A stretch of 53,665 nucleotides of DNA, counting the filler, from Catajapyx aquilonaris (lineage: Eukaryota): NCBI GenBank assembly GCA_000934665.2. It is 2 parts of 2 records of this genome, joined end to end, with 100 filler letters (N's around TTAATTAATTAA, not from the genome) between each part and the next. Parts side by side here need not be neighbours in the genome. Positions count along the whole stretch, not along the records: positions 26,882 to 53,665 come from JYFJ02005156.1; 1 more part is not named here. One strand, written 5' to 3'. Shown piece by piece: positions 52,061 to 53,665 of this stretch. Position 1 is the first letter of the stretch. Every line of letters begins with the position of its first letter. The position numbers and the translations under genes were made by a program. The notes under the pieces were generated by a model, which made no database searches, was not told the DNA's origin, and worked only from the letters and a program-made list of their open reading frames with translations.

Positions 52061-52176
52061 ATAGGCCACAGCCGCTTCCTTCCTTCCCTATCCCTTGTCC
52101 CATCCAATGGTGGTAATCCACCCCCCTAAGGGAGCCAAAGGCTCTAGCACAGGGTATGATAAATAAATAAATAAAT
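52061..52176 (+). mobile_element. 5'-truncated SINE related to 35483-35811
   Basis: ATAGGCCACAGCCGCTTCCTTCCTT is identical to 35626-35650. Stem-loop tail and (TAAA)n. Confidence 0.75.
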
Positions 52177-52397
52177 ATTACATATTACATATTACATATT
52201 ACACATAAGATATGACATATATTACACATAAGATATGACATATATTACACATAAGATATGACATATATTACACATAAGATATGACATATATTACACATAA
52301 GATATTACATATTATATTACATATTACATATAAGATATTACATATTACATATAAGATATTACATATTATATTGCATATTATATTGCATATTACATAT

Positions 52398-53665
52398 GAG
52401 TCATTCCATGTCAATTCACAGAGGCCCCTAACCCTTGGGCTGTCAAATCATGACGAAATTTGGAACATCGCAAAAATACGGTAGGCGCGTTTCGAAGGGA
52501 ACTTAATTTTTTTTTGTCGCGAAAATCACGAACTAAGATGCCCTACACAAAGGTTTGGCCTTTACAATGGTACCATACTCCATATGATTGCATTAAAATT
52601 GTGGACTCTCCGATAGCTAATAAGGAACTAGTCTAATCATGCCTTCATTATAGTGTCATTACACTGTACTCCCGATTATCCTGGTGCAGATTACACTATG
52701 TAACAAAAAGAAACCTTTTTTTCCACGAGAATTCATCGCTATTTCCGTGTTCTTTAGGTCACTTCTCACTTGTAACTCATAATGACTTTTCATTCCGTCT
52801 GAACTTTGTTTATGGCCTTGGGCAGTCGAAAAACCAAAGTCCTTGAAATATTGAGGTCATTCTAACTCAAGTGTCCGAAATGTGGCTCGATCATCCCGTC
52901 CGCCCAGAGTCCATCGCATAGACGTATAAATACACTACTTCCATCGGGTTCACGATCGGGATAACGGATCGCGATAGACATCCAGCGATTCCCACCGCTC
53001 GCATTCCGTGCCCCGAACGTCTTCTTTCCGCCCGCATAACTATCCTCCGAATTAGTGAAACTTTTTCAAATTTGCGATTCAATAAATTGTTCTGAAGGCC
53101 GAAGAAAATCTACCGTGCCATTTGGCCGCTACAGGCGCTCAAATTCGGACTTTCAGGTGACTCCTATCGGTCTCATTTTCAAATATTTTGTCGATTTTAA
53201 CGAGCTGAGTCAAATTCTGTGACAAAGCCGTGGACAAACCATTTGGCCGCTACACGCGCAACCTAGTACAACAACGGACCTTGTACTGGGATTATAAGCG
53301 TGACATACCGGTAACAATATAACTGCCAAATAGTTTGTTACAGAAAATTGCCACATTCGTGAAACTCTACAACATAATTATACGAAAATGATCCCGATAG
53401 GAGTCGCCTGAAAGTCCGACTTTGAAAGGCCTCTAGCGGCCAAGCGGCACCGTAATTTCCTTTGAACTTCAGAACAATTGACCCTGAGGTCAAGGTCTAT
53501 GGACTGACCAACTTTCAGCCAAATCCATCTGGCTCAACTTTTCCCATAAGAAGTGCCCCGTCCTTTTAGAAGGGGCTAGAAATGAACCCTTTTTCGGCGA
53601 TTTTTTTTTTTTTTTTCGGTTAGTGGAAGTAGTCTAAATCCAATTCACGAGACCCACGGCCTGTA
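52398..53665. mobile_element. Probable left part of a second Sola-like element
   Basis: ATAT-GAGTCATTCCATGTCAA matches the 33592 terminus ATAT-GAGGCATTCCACGTCAA. Contains an internal inverted pair 53086-53180 / 53385-53479. Confidence 0.5.

Larger units (their letters stand above)
51226..52397. repeat. (ATATTAC)n-based satellite interrupted by insertions; 25-bp higher-order unit at about 52195-52290
   Basis: CATATTA repeats at 51226-51374, 52031-52058 and 52175-52397. Unit ATATTACACATAAGATATGACAT.. is repeated about 4 times. Confidence 0.8.

Noticed and set aside
51800..52300. CRISPR-like short repeats
   Set aside because: The units are directly tandem with no unique spacers, the context is eukaryotic and there are no cas genes.

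Overview
Animal genomic DNA, probably arthropod-like; no prokaryotic operons, CRISPR arrays or rRNA are visible. The window has two halves joined by an artificial 100-nt spacer (N44-TTAATTAATTAA-N44, 26782-26881). The left half holds five phase-compatible + strand exons of a PDZ-GEF/RAPGEF2/6-type Rap GEF, starting from a poly-His alternative first exon, and the gene stops at the spacer. The right half holds the last four exons of farnesyltransferase beta (FNTB, +) facing four exons of MAX (-) tail-to-tail, the same neighbourhood as human FNTB/MAX. Introns are dense in mobile DNA: a 1.87-kb Sola-like foldback element, mariner/Tc1 relics, pogo-, hAT- and CACTA-type MITEs, tRNA-derived SINEs and a 5'-truncated LINE. 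The most interesting original observation is a structurally conserved but sequence-variable 3' stem-loop tail shared by the LINE, three SINE ends and one orphan tail, which suggests a LINE-SINE partner system. All calls come from manual reading and no database searches were run.
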